A stretch of 64,000 bases of DNA from an uncultured Planctomycetaceae bacterium. GTDB taxonomy: Bacteria > Planctomycetota > Planctomycetia > Pirellulales > PALSA-1355. The translations under genes were made by a program, and so were the position numbers. How positions within the stretch are numbered: position 1 is the first letter of the stretch; each line of letters opens with the position of its first letter. The notes under the pieces are model-generated. The model had not been told where the DNA came from. It searched no databases and saw only the letters and a program-made list of their open reading frames with translations. Below, one piece after another: positions 52,097 through 64,000 of the stretch. The stretch covers positions 256,001-320,000 of the forward strand of contig CAWAUV010000009.1 of the NCBI GenBank assembly GCA_963785305.1, written 5' to 3'.

Positions 52097-52912
52097 ATGG
52101 CGGGAAAGCGAAATAATCCGTCGCCTCGTCGCGGCGCCCTTGCGGCGCCCATTGCCGCGCCCGACGCCTCGGCGCTGTGCGCGGTCGACGATGCCCACGG
52201 CCTTTCGCTCGATCAACTGAGCGCCGCCTTCGCGCAGCTCCTGTCGACCGGCGCCGATCCCTATTCGCCGGCGCCATCGCCCGTGGGCGGCGCTCCGGAA
52301 GCCGTCGCGGACGCCTTGGACGAAGAAACGCCGGAAGGTCGGGTTTCCGAATCCGGGGAACTCGCCGCCCAGAGCGCCGCGGCCGATCCGGGCGAAGTCA
52401 CGCCGCGGGGCATCGTCGAGGCGATTCTGTTCGTCGGTTCGCCGACGGCCGAAGGACTTTCGAGCGCCGAAATCGCGGGCCTGATGCGCGGCGTGCGTCC
52501 GGCGGAAGTCGATGCGCTCGTCAAGGAATTGAACGCCCTCTACTCCCAGCGAGGGGCTGCCTGCCGAATTTTCGATTCTGGCAAAGGCTACCGATTAGAA
52601 CTGCGGCCCGAGATGGATCGGGTGCGGGATAAGTTTTATGGAAGGGCGCGGCGCGCGAAGTTATCGCAATCCGCGATCGAGGTGCTTTCCCTAGTGGCGT
52701 ATCACGAGCCGATCGCGGCCGAGGAAATCGATCGACTACGTAGCGCCGCCAGCAAGGCGATATTGTCGCAACTCGTTCGCCGGGAACTGTTGCAGGTCGA
52801 GCGAACGGCCGGCTCGCGGCAGTGCTCGTACTCCACGACGCGGCGATTTCTCGCGTTGTTTGGACTTGAATCCACGGCCGATCTTCCCAAAAGCAATGAT
52901 TCTCCGGCATAA
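52097..52912 (+). CDS. scpB: SMC-Scp complex subunit ScpB
   Basis: VEAILF, LSQSAIEVLSLVAYHEP, YSTTRRFLALFGL...LP. Confidence 0.85.
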   Translation: MAGKRNNPSPRRGALAAPIAAPDASALCAVDDAHGLSLDQLSAAFAQLLSTGADPYSPAPSPVGGAPEAVADALDEETPEGRVSESGELAAQSAAADPGEVTPRGIVEAILFVGSPTAEGLSSAEIAGLMRGVRPAEVDALVKELNALYSQRGAACRIFDSGKGYRLELRPEMDRVRDKFYGRARRAKLSQSAIEVLSLVAYHEPIAAEEIDRLRSAASKAILSQLVRRELLQVERTAGSRQCSYSTTRRFLALFGLESTADLPKSNDSPA

Positions 52913-53119
52913 GATTTTGTGGTATTATGATGCCGTTGCTTCGGCCGACCTGATGCAGCTAGGACCTGCGGCGTCGCGCAATCGCCGCGCTCCATGCTGA
53001 CGCGGGGCCTTCCAATGATTAAAATAATTCCTTCGTCGTTCGATCGCCGTGAGCGCGGCGCCGGCGATTCAAAATTCGATAGTGCTTTGTAGGGAGCGTC
53101 GATCGACGCCAGTTCGTCC

Positions 53120-53816
53120 ATGTCAAAACTCACGCCGTCACGTGCCTCGTTCGTGCGCCTTGGCGCCTCGGGGCCTGTCGTGCTCCCTTCGCTGCTGCTT
53201 TGCGATTTCGCCGAGTTGGGCCGCGAGATCCACCGCTTGGAAGAGGCGGGGGCCGAAGCGCTGCACCTGGATGTGATGGACGGCCAGTTCGTGCCCAACT
53301 TCACCTACGGGCTCACGATTGTCGCCGCGACTCGCAAAGTCACCAAGCTGCCGCTCGATGTGCATTTGATGATCGCCACTCCGGAGCGCATCGTCGAGCA
53401 GTTCGCCGAGGCCGGCGGAGACCATCTCACCGTGCATCTCGAGGCGACCAAGCACCCGCTGACGCTCTTGGAGCAAATTCACCGGGCCGGCGCTTCGGCC
53501 GGACTCGCGATCAATCCCGAGACGCCGCTAACCGCGATCGAGCCGTGTTTGGACCATTGCGACTCGGTGCTGGTCATGAGTGTGTCGCCGGGCTTTGGCG
53601 GACAGGCGTTTGAGCCGGTGGCCCTCGAAAAGCTCAAGGCATTGCGCCAGCCGCGGGCCCGACTTTCGCTTGGGCGTCGATGGCGGCGTGAACGACCACA
53701 CGATTGCCGCTTGCTCGGCCGCGGGCGCGAATTGGTTTGTCGTTGGTTCGGGAATTTTCAAGCAGCCAAACTACGGCGAGAGTATCGCCCGGTTGACCCG
53801 TTTGGCTCGAGTCTAA
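53120..53816 (+). CDS. rpe: Ribulose-phosphate 3-epimerase (frameshift near 53650)
   Basis: PSLL, HLDVMDGQFVPN, DVHLM, MSVSPGFGGQ, VDGGV, VVGSGIF. Confidence 0.93.
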
Positions 53817-54003
53817 CCTTAGGAGACGAATGACCACGCGTTTATTTTCGGCGAGCGACTTTGCTCGCCGCGGCCGGCGCATGCTGGCCGGGTCGATCGA
53901 CATGGTTCGACATTTGGATACGCGATCCACGGACGTCCCCAGTCGCTTGCCGGCGGTTGCCGGCGGCAGGGCGCCGGCTTTTCGGGAGGACATCAAAGAT
54001 TCC

Positions 54004-54750
54004 ATGGTTCGGTTCGTATTGATCCGGCCCGGTTCAACGGATTTCGACGAGCAGGGGCGCATTCAAGGCACGCTGAACATTCCGCTCAGTGCTCGCGGCG
54101 TGGCCACGGCGACCCGCATTGCCGCGGAGTTGCAAGGCCAAGGCCTGTCGACCCTGTACTCGGCCCCCTGTCAATCCGCTTGGCAAACAGCGTCGCTCAT
54201 CGGCAAGTCGCTGGGGCTCAAACCCAAGAAGCTCGACAAACTTCGTAATATCAACCACGGCCTGTGGCAAGGCATGCTCATCGACGAGGTGAAGCACAAG
54301 CAGCCAACCGTGTATCGGCAGTGGCAAGAAACACCGTCGATCGTCTGTCCGCCCGAGGGCGAAATGCTGGCCGAGGCCCAGGAACGGGTCGAAGCCGCCT
54401 TTGCCAAGTTGCTCCGCAAGCATCGCGAGGGCGTTGTCGGCCTCGTGGTGCGCGAGCCGTTGGCGAGTCTGGTGCGCGGCTGGCTGACCCGGGCGGCGGT
54501 GGGCAACCTCTGGAATTGCTGCGCCTCGACCGGCGCCTGGGAGCTGGTGCCCTACGAACCCGACGAAGGCTCGCTGGGCCGTGACTCGGGCGATTCAAGC
54601 GCCGCTGGGTGTTGGCCGACGCGGGAGGTCGCGCTTCGCACGCCCGTTGAGCGGGGCCCAAACGCCTTTTGTCCTGTAAAGTCCTTCTTTATAGTTGGTT
54701 GTGTCGAATGCTCCGGGCTCGCGCCGCCAAATTTCGGCGCCCCCCGATGA
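54004..54750 (+). CDS. Histidine phosphatase-fold protein lacking the RHG histidine; 3' end uncertain
   Basis: LIRPGST, IQG...[24 protein letters not shown]. Confidence 0.75.
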   Translation: MVRFVLIRPGSTDFDEQGRIQGTLNIPLSARGVATATRIAAELQGQGLSTLYSAPCQSAWQTASLIGKSLGLKPKKLDKLRNINHGLWQGMLIDEVKHKQPTVYRQWQETPSIVCPPEGEMLAEAQERVEAAFAKLLRKHREGVVGLVVREPLASLVRGWLTRAAVGNLWNCCASTGAWELVPYEPDEGSLGRDSGDSSAAGCWPTREVALRTPVERGPNAFCPVKSFFIVGCVECSGLAPPNFGAPR

Positions 54751-54970
54751 GGCTGGATCGCCCTGCCGCGATCCGCGAAAATTCGCTCGGAACCGTTCGC
54801 CGCGGGTGAAACGGCCGGTTGTCGAGCGTGGCCTCGGGCGGGGCGGCGCTGGGAAAATCCGCATTTCTGGGTTGAGTCGCCCCGGTATCCTAGCTAATCT
54901 GCCCTCTTGTGAATCGCGGCGCGCTGGCACTTTTTCGACTAATGTTCCGAGCCTGAACGGTCCGCCAAAC

Positions 54971-55824
54971 ATGTCCACCAGCGAATCGACTCCGGCCAAC
55001 CAGCAGCTCAGCATGAAACGTCCTAAGCGCGGCGTGCCCGAGGGGTTGTGGCAGCGGTGTCCCGGCTGCCAAGCCACGATTTTTCGCAAAGAGGCCCAGC
55101 GGCGGCTGAGCGTTTGTCCGGAGTGCGACTACCACTGGTATGTCAGCGCGAACGAGCGGATTCGTCAATTGCTCGACGATGGCACCTTCGAGGAGTGGGA
55201 CGCCGAGCTCGAACCGGTCGATCGCCTGGGCTTCAACGACAAAAAGCCCTACCGCGATCGGCTCAAGAGCGAACAGGCTCGCACCGGGCTGCGCGAGGCG
55301 GCTATTACCGGCTCGGGCATGATTCGGGCCCGGCGAGTCGCGATCGGCGTCACCGATTCGGCTTTCATCATGGGCAGCATGGGCGCCGTGGTCGGCGAAA
55401 AGCTTGCCCGGCTCACGGAACGCGCCACCGCCCAAAAGCTGCCGCTGATTATCGTCGAGCGCCAGCGGCGGCGGCGCGCGCATGCACGAGGGCATTTTGT
55501 CGCTGATGCAAATGGCCAAAGTCTCGGCCGCGCTCGCCCGCTATGACCAGTCGGGCGGACTCTTTATCTCGGTGCTCACGAACCCGACGATGGGCGGCGT
55601 GGCGGCGAGCTTTGCTTCCTTGGGCGATATCATCTTCGCCGAGCCCAAGGCGCTGATCGGTTTCGCCGGCCCGCGGCACGATTCAAGCCACGATTCGCAT
55701 CGAGCTGCCCAAGGGATTTCAAACGAGCGAATTCCTGCTCGAACACGGCTACATCGATCGCATCGTCCGCCGCTGCGACCTCAAGAGCGAGATTGCCCGC
55801 GCGATCGACTACTGCGGGAAATAG
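54971..55824 (+). CDS. accD: Acetyl-CoA carboxylase carboxyltransferase beta subunit (frameshifts near 55460 and 55675)
   Basis: GLWQRCPGC...CPEC zinc finger, [52 protein letters not shown]. Confidence 0.93.
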
Positions 55825-55930
55825 CCAGTCGCCGCGGGCCATTTTGGCGTTTGCCCGCGCGACCCTCTCCGCGATCGCCTTTTTGTGTTCGCGATCACGT
55901 TCTTTCGCGCCGCCGCATTCATCCACCGGC

Positions 55931-57370
55931 TCAGGCGATGATCGGCGTGATCAATTCGCCATGCACATCGGTCAGGCGCATATCGCGTCCGCCCCAGCGG
56001 TAGGTCACGCGCTTGTGGTCCATGCCCAAGAGATGGAGCATCGTGGCGTGGAGGTCGTGGATGGCGGCCTTGCCTTCGACCACTTTGTAGCCATATTCGT
56101 CCGATGCGCCGTGGCTCACTCCGCCGCGAGCGCCGCCGCCGGCCAGCCAAACGGTGTAGGCAAAGGGATTGTGGTCTCGGCCGTCGGAGCCTTGGGCAAA
56201 AGGCGTGCGGCCGAATTCGCCGGCCCAGACCACGAGCGTTTGCTCCAAGAGGCCCCGGGCCTTGAGGTCCTTGAGCAGGCCGGCGATCGGTTTGTCGGTG
56301 GCCAGGGCATTGTCTTGATGGCCCTTCTTGAGATTGCCATGTTGATCCCAGCGATCGGCGCCCACGCTATGGCAGGTGAGCTCGACGAAACGCACGCCGC
56401 GCTCGACCAGTCGCCGCGCGAGCAGGCATTGCCGCCCATATTTCTCGGTCACCGGCTCGTCCAAGCCGTAGAGCTTGTGCGTGTCGGCGGTTTCCTGGGA
56501 AAGGTCGGCCACTTCGGGCACCGCGGTTTGCATGCGAAAGGCGAGCTCGTAATTGGCGATCGCCGATTCGAGCGGATCGGCGGCGTGCCAGCGATCGCGC
56601 ACTCGGGCATCGAGCGCGGCCAAGGCGTCGAGCTTGTGACGCTGAATATCGCCGCGCGAGTCGGCCGGGCGGACATTGGCCAACGGTTCGGCGCCGCGGC
56701 GAAAGATGGAACCTTGAAAGGCGGCGGGCAAAAAGCCGCTATTGAAATTATCGGCCCCGCCTGGCGGAATCAGGCCGCCATTGAGCACCACGAAGCCCGG
56801 CAGGTTCTGGCATTCGGTTCCGAGTCCGTAGAGCGCCCGAGCGCCCATGCTTGGACGGCCCTGCATGCCCGAACCGGTGTGAAGAAAGTAATTGGCGGCC
56901 GTGTGCTCGGAGAAATTCGAGGTCATCGAGCGCACGATCGCCAGATCGTCGACACATGTGGCGATGTGGGGAAACAGATCGCTCACCCAGGCGCCGCATT
57001 GGCCGTATTGCTTGAAACTCCACGGACTCCCGAGCGTGAGCCCATTGTTGTTGAACTGCGTGGGCTCCATCTTCATTCTAAAGGGCTGGCCGCTTTCGGC
57101 CGTGAGCCGCGGCTTGGGGTCGAACGAATCGACCTGCGACACCCCGCCATCCATATAGAGGAAGATCACGCTCTTGGCTTTGGCCGCGAAGTGCGTGGGC
57201 CGGGGAGCAAACGGATTGCCATCGGCTTGGCCGTTGGTTTCGCCGTTCGGCGTGGCGCCATAAGACCGATCACCCAGCAGCGCGGCGAGCGCCAAGCCGC
57301 CGAAGCCGGTGGCGCACGCCGCCAACATTTCGCGGCGAGTTTGATAATGTCTAAAATTGCGGCAGTGCAT
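55931..57370 (-). CDS. DUF1501 domain protein with Tat-like leader
   Basis: [42 protein letters not shown]. Confidence 0.92.
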   Translation of the reverse strand: MHCRNFRHYQTRREMLAACATGFGGLALAALLGDRSYGATPNGETNGQADGNPFAPRPTHFAAKAKSVIFLYMDGGVSQVDSFDPKPRLTAESGQPFRMKMEPTQFNNNGLTLGSPWSFKQYGQCGAWVSDLFPHIATCVDDLAIVRSMTSNFSEHTAANYFLHTGSGMQGRPSMGARALYGLGTECQNLPGFVVLNGGLIPPGGADNFNSGFLPAAFQGSIFRRGAEPLANVRPADSRGDIQRHKLDALAALDARVRDRWHAADPLESAIANYELAFRMQTAVPEVADLSQETADTHKLYGLDEPVTEKYGRQCLLARRLVERGVRFVELTCHSVGADRWDQHGNLKKGHQDNALATDKPIAGLLKDLKARGLLEQTLVVWAGEFGRTPFAQGSDGRDHNPFAYTVWLAGGGARGGVSHGASDEYGYKVVEGKAAIHDLHATMLHLLGMDHKRVTYRWGGRDMRLTDVHGELITPIIA

Positions 57371-57461
57371 GACGGGCCTTGCTTCGTGAATGCGTGGCGG
57401 CGAATCACAACATTGCGACGCCGATCGGTCGAGGACAAAAGCCAGGACCCAGGGGTCGCGA

Positions 57462-60400
57462 TCAGTTCAAGAAGATAAATTCCTTCGTGTTAAGCAGCAC
57501 ATGGGCCAAATCGGTCCAAGCTTCAAGGCTATCGAACCGCTTGTCGGCGGGCGCTCCGCGCAGCTCGCCATCGCGTTCGACGAAAGCAATCGCCAGCGAC
57601 AACTCGTCGTCGAGCGGCTCGCGAGCGAAGGCAGCCAGATACATGCCTCGCACTCGCTCGGCCGGCGAGCGGCCAGGCGGCTCCAGCGCGGCGCGCCCAG
57701 CGACCGGCCAATTCCACGACCAGCGGATCATTGAGCAGGATCAATGCCTGCGCCGGCACATTCGACACGCCGCGGCGGCCCATGGCGTTGAAGGGAATCG
57801 GCATGTCGAAAGCCAGCATCATCGAGGGCAAGAAATTCCGCCGAATGCTCGTGTAAATGCTGCGGCGGCCATCGCCATCGAGCGGGCCGCTGTGAGGCTT
57901 GCCCCGCGCCTCGGCATAGTTCGGCACGTACACTTCCACCGAGCGCCCGCCGACCTCGGGTTTCAGGCTGCCCGCGAGCGAGAGCATCGCGTCGCGAATC
58001 ACTTCGCCCTCGAGCCGGCGAATGCGAGCGCGGCCAAAGAGCGCGTTTTGCGGATCGGCGGCAACCAGCGCATCGTCCCCCCGGCTCGCGAGTCGGTAGG
58101 TCGACGAAAGCATGATCTCGCGAATCAGCCGCTTCACCGACCAGCCTTCGCTGGTGAACCTGTGGGTCAAATGATCCAGCAACTCCAAATGCGTGGGCGG
58201 CTCGCCGAGCACGCCGAAATTATCGACCGAAGGCACGATGCCTCGCCCCAGCAAATGATGCCAAACCCGGTTCACCATCACGCGGCCCACCAGCGGATTC
58301 GCCGGATCGACCATTTGCCGGGCCAGCTCGAGCCGGCCGCTGCCGGTGTTCTCGATTTCGTGCTCCAGTCCGCCGAGCGCTTCCAAGAGGCGGCGCGGCG
58401 CTGCCGGACCGGGCGTCTTGGCGCTGCCCGCGCAGGAGCACATGCTCGTTGAACGCCGTGCCATCGAGCAGGGCCATTGCCGTGGCCGATGATTTCAACT
58501 GAGCGGCGAGCGCTTCGCGTTGACGCTTGTGTTCCGCGAGAAATCGCTGGGCGTCGGCTTTGTGGGTGTCATTCCAGCCGAAGAGCTCCGGCCGTTCGAT
58601 GATCCATTCCGCCAACTCGCGGGCCGGCGAGTCGCCCGGCGAAGTCGCCACGGCCTCGGTGCCCAGCGAATCGCAGGCGGCGAGCAGCGCCCGTTGGCAG
58701 CGGCGCCGAAAGCCTGGACATCGCGAGAGCCGCCCTCGCCGAGTTGCTCGGCGGCGGACTGCTTCGCGAGTGGTTCGGCGGGCAATTCGACGGGTTGTTC
58801 CGCGAGTTGCTCCACGAGCGCGGCATAATTCGCCCTCGGCATCGCCGGCGGCGAAGGCGACTGCACACACGCCGCGATCGCGAAATCGTTTGTCGGCCGC
58901 GCAGCGCGAAATTCGACATGCGCCCGCTGGCCTTGATACGTCTTCACATCGAAATTTCGCCAGTTCCAGTCCGCGAGATCGGCATTGTGACGCGTGCCTC
59001 CGTGCAGCGGCCCCGCGATCATGCGATGCGAGTCGACCACGAGAAACACTTCGGCCGAACCGCGGGCGAAATACCAGACATGGGGCTGCGAAATCACGAA
59101 GGTCGGCGTGCGAATCATGCCCGGCAACGTGGCGCCCAAACCGGCCGTGTCGGCCACTGCCTGGGGCGTTTGCCAAGCCAGCGGATGCTCGCCATCGGCG
59201 CCGAGTCGCCACGCGCCGGCGGGGCGGGGTTGCTTGCCAAAAGCGAGGCCATCGGCAATCCAGCCGCCCGCCGCCGCCGCCGAGTAGTCGACAATGACCT
59301 CGCCCTGGGCAGAATCGATATGGAGCCCGGGCCGGCGAGCTTCCCGCGGCGCGGGGTTCACGGCCACGCCGGAAACCGCCGTCGCGACAGCATGCAGCGG
59401 ATGCGAGGGTTGCGCGGGGCGGGGCCCGCGATTTCATCGCGCCAGCGCCGAGCGAGCGAGCCATCGAGCCCGCGTTCCGCGGCGATCTGCTCGAGCCGCG
59501 CCTCGCGGTCGCCAGCCGAATCGCCGAGCGCATCGCGGGCCGCCAGCAAATAATCTTGCGTGCGGGCCACGACCGGCCTTGCCGTGCGAGCGATGCGGGC
59601 CGCGAGCTCGGCGCCGGCGGCGTCTTCCGAGGCGCGAAGTCGTTCGGCGATCGCCCGATTGTGCGCTTCGTGCTCGAAGGCCACGTCGCGGTAGCTGCTG
59701 CTGTCGAGAAAGCCGGCCAGCGCGTAATAATCGGCCGACGAGATCGCGTCGAACTTATGATCGTGGCACCGAGCGCAGGCCACGGTCATGCCCAGAAATG
59801 TCTTGCCGAACACGTCGATTTGATTGTCGAGCCGATCGAGCTCGTCTTGGCGAATGTCGACCGGCGAGTGCATCCATTCGCCCAGCCACCAAAAGCCCGT
59901 GGCCACGACCGATTCATTTCGCTCGCCGCTCGGGTCCATTCGCGGATGCTCGACGAGATCGCCGGCCACATGCTCGACGACGAACTGATCGTAGGGCACA
60001 TCGGCATTGAACGCGCGAATCAGATAATCGCGATATTGATAGGCATTGGGAATCGAATAGTCGAATTCGTGGCCCCGAGTCTCCGCATAGCGGGCCAGAT
60101 CGAGCCAATGTCGCGCCCAGCGCTCGCCGAAATGCGGCGAGGCCAAGAGCCGGTCGACGAGCCGCGACCAAGCCTCGGGGCTGTCGTCGCGAACAAACGC
60201 CTCGACCTCCTCGGGCGATGGCGGCAAGCCGACAAGATCGAACAAAGCGCGGCGCAGAGCGCCGCGCGATCCGCCTCATCCGCCGGCTCGAGACCCGTTG
60301 CTTCGAGCCGAGCGAGCACAAACGCATCGAGCGGATCGCGCGGCCAAGTCGCCTGCCGCACGGCCGGCGGCGGCGTCTCTCCCACCGGACGCCACGCCCA

Positions 60401-60949
60401 ATGCCGCGCCTTGCGGCCCGCGAGATCGAAGACCGGCTTCTTCGCGTCGGTCGCCGGGTCGGGCGTTTGCTCGGCGCCCCAGGGAGCATTCGGCGCGACC
60501 CAGCGCTGGAGTTCATCGATTTCGGCCGGGCTCAACTTGCCTCTGGGCGGCATCTGCAAGTCGGGATTCGCATAACCCACGGCCTCGATCAGGCGACTTT
60601 CCCCGGGCTTGCCGAGCACAAGCTCGGGCCCGCTATCGCCGCCGGCAAGCGCCGCGGCGCGCGAATCGAGCCGCAGGCCGCCTTTTTGTTTTTCGCTACC
60701 GTGGCATTCGAGGCAATGCGTGGCCAAGAGCGGCCGGATTTTGTTTTCGAAAAACTCGACGTCGGCAGGCGGAAACCCAGCGGGCGTCGCGCTCGTTGCA
60801 CCGGAATTCGGACTCGGCGAGTTTTCCTCGCCGCGGGCGATGGGCGCCGCGAGCGAAGCGATGCAGAGCAGCGCGAGGCCCGCTTTCCACGGAACGCTTC
60901 GGTCAGATTGAGGGCTTCGCGCATGAGCGATGCGTTTGTTTGCCGTCAT
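57462..60949 (-). CDS. PSD1 / planctomycete cytochrome c domain protein (DUF1549+DUF1553), several frameshifts
   Basis: FFENKIRPLL..CLECHG, GERWARHWLDLARYA, CARCHDHKFD, RVMVNRVWHHLLGRG, QALILLN, LLNTKEFIF. Confidence 0.9.
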
Positions 60950-61167
60950 GGAGAAAAACGCCTAGCGAGACGCCGCCGACAACAACCAACCACGAGGTCG
61001 GCCGACAGCAGCGCGGGGGGCAGGGAAGCAATCGTTGAGGCAAGCTCCATTATAATGAAATCCAGGGCTGAAAGTCAAAAGTTGACTCCTGACTCGCGCT
61101 CGGGCCGCTTGGCAATGCGCGTGGCCGCTCGGCGACTTCGCCCAATTCGGATGGCGCGGGGCGTGTG

Positions 61168-63091
61168 TTAGGTTCGGCCGCAGAGGTCCGCCACCAGCCC
61201 GACCAGTTCGGCTTCTTCGATCGGTTTGACGGCGTGGGTTTGGAAGCCGGCCGCCAGGGCGCGGTTTCGGTCTTCTTTCCGAGCATAGGCCGTGAGCGCG
61301 ATCGCGGGCAGGTCTTGCGAGCGGGCGCCCAACGATCGCACTTGGCGGATGAATTCAAAACCGTCTTGCTCCGGCATGCCGATATCGCTGATCAAGATAT
61401 CCGGCGTCTCGCGCTTCAATGCTTCGAGACCTTCGCTGGCCGATTCCCGCGCCGTGACCACTGCCTGGTGCTCTTCGAGCAGCCGCGTCACCAAGACGCG
61501 CACATCGGGCTCATCTTCCACGAGCAGCACGCGCAAGCCGGCGAGCGAGCGTTTGGAAGCGGCGGCCGGCGCCTCGCCTTCGCTCGTCGGCGCGATCGGA
61601 TCGCGGGGCCGCGCGGGGCCGCTGGAGCGCACGGGCAGCGCCACGGTGAACTTCGCCCCGAGTTTGTCGCCCTCGCTCGCGGCTTGCACCGATCCGCCGT
61701 GCAGTTCCACGAGTTGCTTCACGATCGCGAGACCGATACCGAGCCCGCGATGCTTGCGCGCCAGCGAGGAATCGGCCTGGCGAAAGCGGTCGAAAACATA
61801 AGGCAGAAATTCGGGTCGAATGCCCTCGCCGCTATCCTCGACACGGACTTCCAAGCGGTCTTCACTTCGGACCAGCGACACTCGCACACGACCGCCCTGC
61901 GGAGTGAACTTAATCGCATTGGACAGCAGATTCCAAAACACTTGCTGCAAGCGATTCGGATCGCACGAGATTTCGTGGCATTCCTCTCCCAGTTCGACCT
62001 CGACCAAGATTTGCTTGGCGTCGGCGGCGGCTCGCACCGAGTCGAGCGAGACCAAAATGATCTTCGCAAGATCGACCTGCTTGATATCGAGCAGCACTTT
62101 GCCCGAAATAATGCGGCTCATGTCGAGCAGGTCCTCGATGATCTTGGTTTGCACCAGGGCGTTGCGCTCGATCACTTCAAGTCCGAGCTCGAAGTCCTCG
62201 GGATTGCGTTCGCGGCGCAAGATATTGCACCAGCCATGAATCGCGGTGAGCGGAGTGCGGAGCTCGTGGGAGAGCGTGGCCAAGAACTCGTCTTTCATCC
62301 AACTAGCTCGCTCGGCCGCGCTGCGCCGGCGCGCTCGTTGGCCAAGAGCGCGGCGCGCTGCTGTTCGGTTTGCTTGCGGTTCGAGATATCGAGGTTGATG
62401 CCCGAAATGCGCTGAGCTCGGCCGGCATCGTCGTATTGGCCGCGACCGCTGGTCAGCACCCAGCCAATGGCGCCATCGGCACGGAGCACGCGGTATTCTT
62501 CATCGAAGGTGACGCGGTCCGAGATTGCGCGTTCCAGGGCCGCGATGACTCGCTCGCGATCATCATCATGAATCATCCGCCGCCATGCTTCATGCATTAA
62601 CCGCGCGTCGGGCGGAAGACCAAAGTTCCGTAGGCAAAGCTCGTTGCATTCGAGGCTCAGCGTGTCGAGCTCGAGCCGCCATTCGCCCAGTCGCGCCGCG
62701 TCGAGCGCCAATCTCAATCGCTGCTCGCTGTCGCGATATCGCTGTTCGCTATTCCACAGGTCGGTCAAATGTTGCAATCGTTGTTCTTCGTTTTTCTGAT
62801 GCGCGCACGTTTCTCGCTTGAGCAACCACACCGCCACAAGCACCAGGGTGGCAATCCCCACGCTCCACGCCGCGGCCACGAGTTGCAATTCGTTTCGCGA
62901 GAGCAAAGTGCTCTCGCGGAGACCATCGGTTATGAAAGCGATCGAACGAAAGGTCAGCATCGCCACCAGAACCACGGCGAGCGCAATCCAGGCGCACGGA
63001 TGGGGATTGTGCGGATCATGCCGGCCACGATCGCCAACGCAAAGGCGAGCATCAGTCCGGCAATCAGGTAGAGAATGGCCTCGAATGTCAT
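61168..63091 (-). CDS. Membrane-bound PAS-containing hybrid histidine kinase / response regulator (frameshifts near 62990 and 62320)
   Basis: FLATLSHELRTPL, NLLSNAIKF, DSGEG, GLGIGL, REC VEDE...SDIGMP...KP; PAS IHDDD...EYRV; N-terminal TM helices. Confidence 0.88.
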
Positions 63092-63429
63092 GTGCGCTGC
63101 TTTCTCGAAACGCGACCAGCCGCTGACAACGATCGAAGGGTCGCGGGCGCGTCGTTTCGACGTTCTTTTTTTACCATCTTCCCCGTGAGACGCTATCCCG
63201 GCCGGCGAGCGAGACTCGCCATAGGGTTGCATGGCCGGATTTTGATGCCCTGTTGGCACGCCAAATGCTCCTCTCCACGCCGAAGCAGTTCGCGGCGGCG
63301 GCGCGTTGTTTGGCGGCGCGGTTGCGCGGTATGGTAATAAGAGAGCGCTGGCTCTCGGAGGCCAAGCGTGGCATGCTGGATAACCGGTCTCGGCCGCGCA
63401 GTTTCACGCGATTCTTTGGAGTGTGCAAG

Positions 63430-64000
63430 ATGACGACGCCGGCGCCCGAGACCGACGCCCAATCCGCGCGCTCGAACAACTCCAGCCAAGCCGAAACCTC
63501 AGCCCAGCCGGAAGCGGCCACGTTTCCCGGATTTGAAGCGCACGCCGAAGCCGCCGCGGGACGTTGCGCGGGAAGCTCGTCCTTGGGCGACGTGGAAGCG
63601 CAGTTCAGCGAGCTGCTTGCCTATGTGGCGTATTATCTCGCCGCCGAGCGCGATCTGGCCAAGTGGCGATTGCGGGCCGTGGTTTGGCGGGTGGTTTTGC
63701 TGCTCGGCGCGGGGCTTGCCGCGGTGAGCGTGGTGGTCACGGCCGCGGTATTTGTGGTGCATGGCTCGGCCCAGGGCCTGGGAGTCCTCTTGGGAGATCG
63801 GCCGTGGGCGGGCGAATTGATCGTGGGTCTTGGTGTCTTCCTTACCCTCGCCGTCTCGCGGAGTCTCGCCTTCTCGCGGGTCCGACGCCGATGGCGCGAA
63901 AAAATCATGGCCAAATATGAAACCTACCGACAACGGCAGCGAGCGGTGTTCGGACACGATGTCGAGCGCGCGGCCCAGCCACGGGGCGACCGATCCGCTT
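63430..64000 (+). CDS. Two-TM membrane protein (possibly YqjE/holin-III-like); runs off the window
   Basis: Manual translation MTTPAPETDAQ...VVLLLGAGLAAVSVVVTAAVFVV...ELIVGLGVFLTLAV with no stop before 64000. Confidence 0.6.
   Translation, partial: MTTPAPETDAQSARSNNSSQAETSAQPEAATFPGFEAHAEAAAGRCAGSSSLGDVEAQFSELLAYVAYYLAAERDLAKWRLRAVVWRVVLLLGAGLAAVSVVVTAAVFVVHGSAQGLGVLLGDRPWAGELIVGLGVFLTLAVSRSLAFSRVRRRWREKIMAKYETYRQRQRAVFGHDVERAAQPRGDRSA

Noticed and set aside
53120..55824. rpe and accD as pseudogenes
   Set aside because: All catalytic motifs are intact across single-base shifts, and the same error pattern affects the whole window.

Overview
GC-rich bacterial DNA, very probably Planctomycetota (DUF1501 plus PSD1/cytochrome c gene pair, LRR lipoprotein, planctomycete-type Rhs core). 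Many genes, including accD and rpe, are split by single-base indels. These look like long-read assembly errors, so I joined the fragments manually. Left to right: (1) 1-7270 (-): a thioester/acyl reductase followed by a PUFA-synthase-like type I PKS (KS, catalytically dead KS, AT, at least 3 ACPs) that runs off the window edge. (2) An HTH-REC regulator and a sugar isomerase. (3) 10456-20199: an accessory island built around six copies of a ~25-bp motif (AATYCWAASGGGTCAGGACTCATTG). The motif forms the inverted ends of an internally deleted Y1/HUH (RAYT-like) transposase element present in three copies. Two near-identical group II introns sit at the same nucleotide of the motif, and their EBS1 (CCUGAC) is complementary to it. 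The motif also marks the junctions of a truncated ISL3, an orphan Rhs toxin-immunity module and AT-richer orphan ORFs. This is the best candidate for an undescribed cassette-shuffling system. (4) LRR lipoprotein, oxidoreductase, thioredoxin, an ISKra4-like IS, DUF4254 and two ABC systems. (5) 33402-46922: a Wzx/Wzy polysaccharide locus with a PglF/E/D/C-like amino-sugar pathway. (6) Housekeeping and metabolic genes (keto-acid decarboxylase, galM, epimerase, scpB, rpe, accD), DUF1501/PSD1 and a hybrid histidine kinase. All family calls come from motif recognition by eye; no database searches were run.
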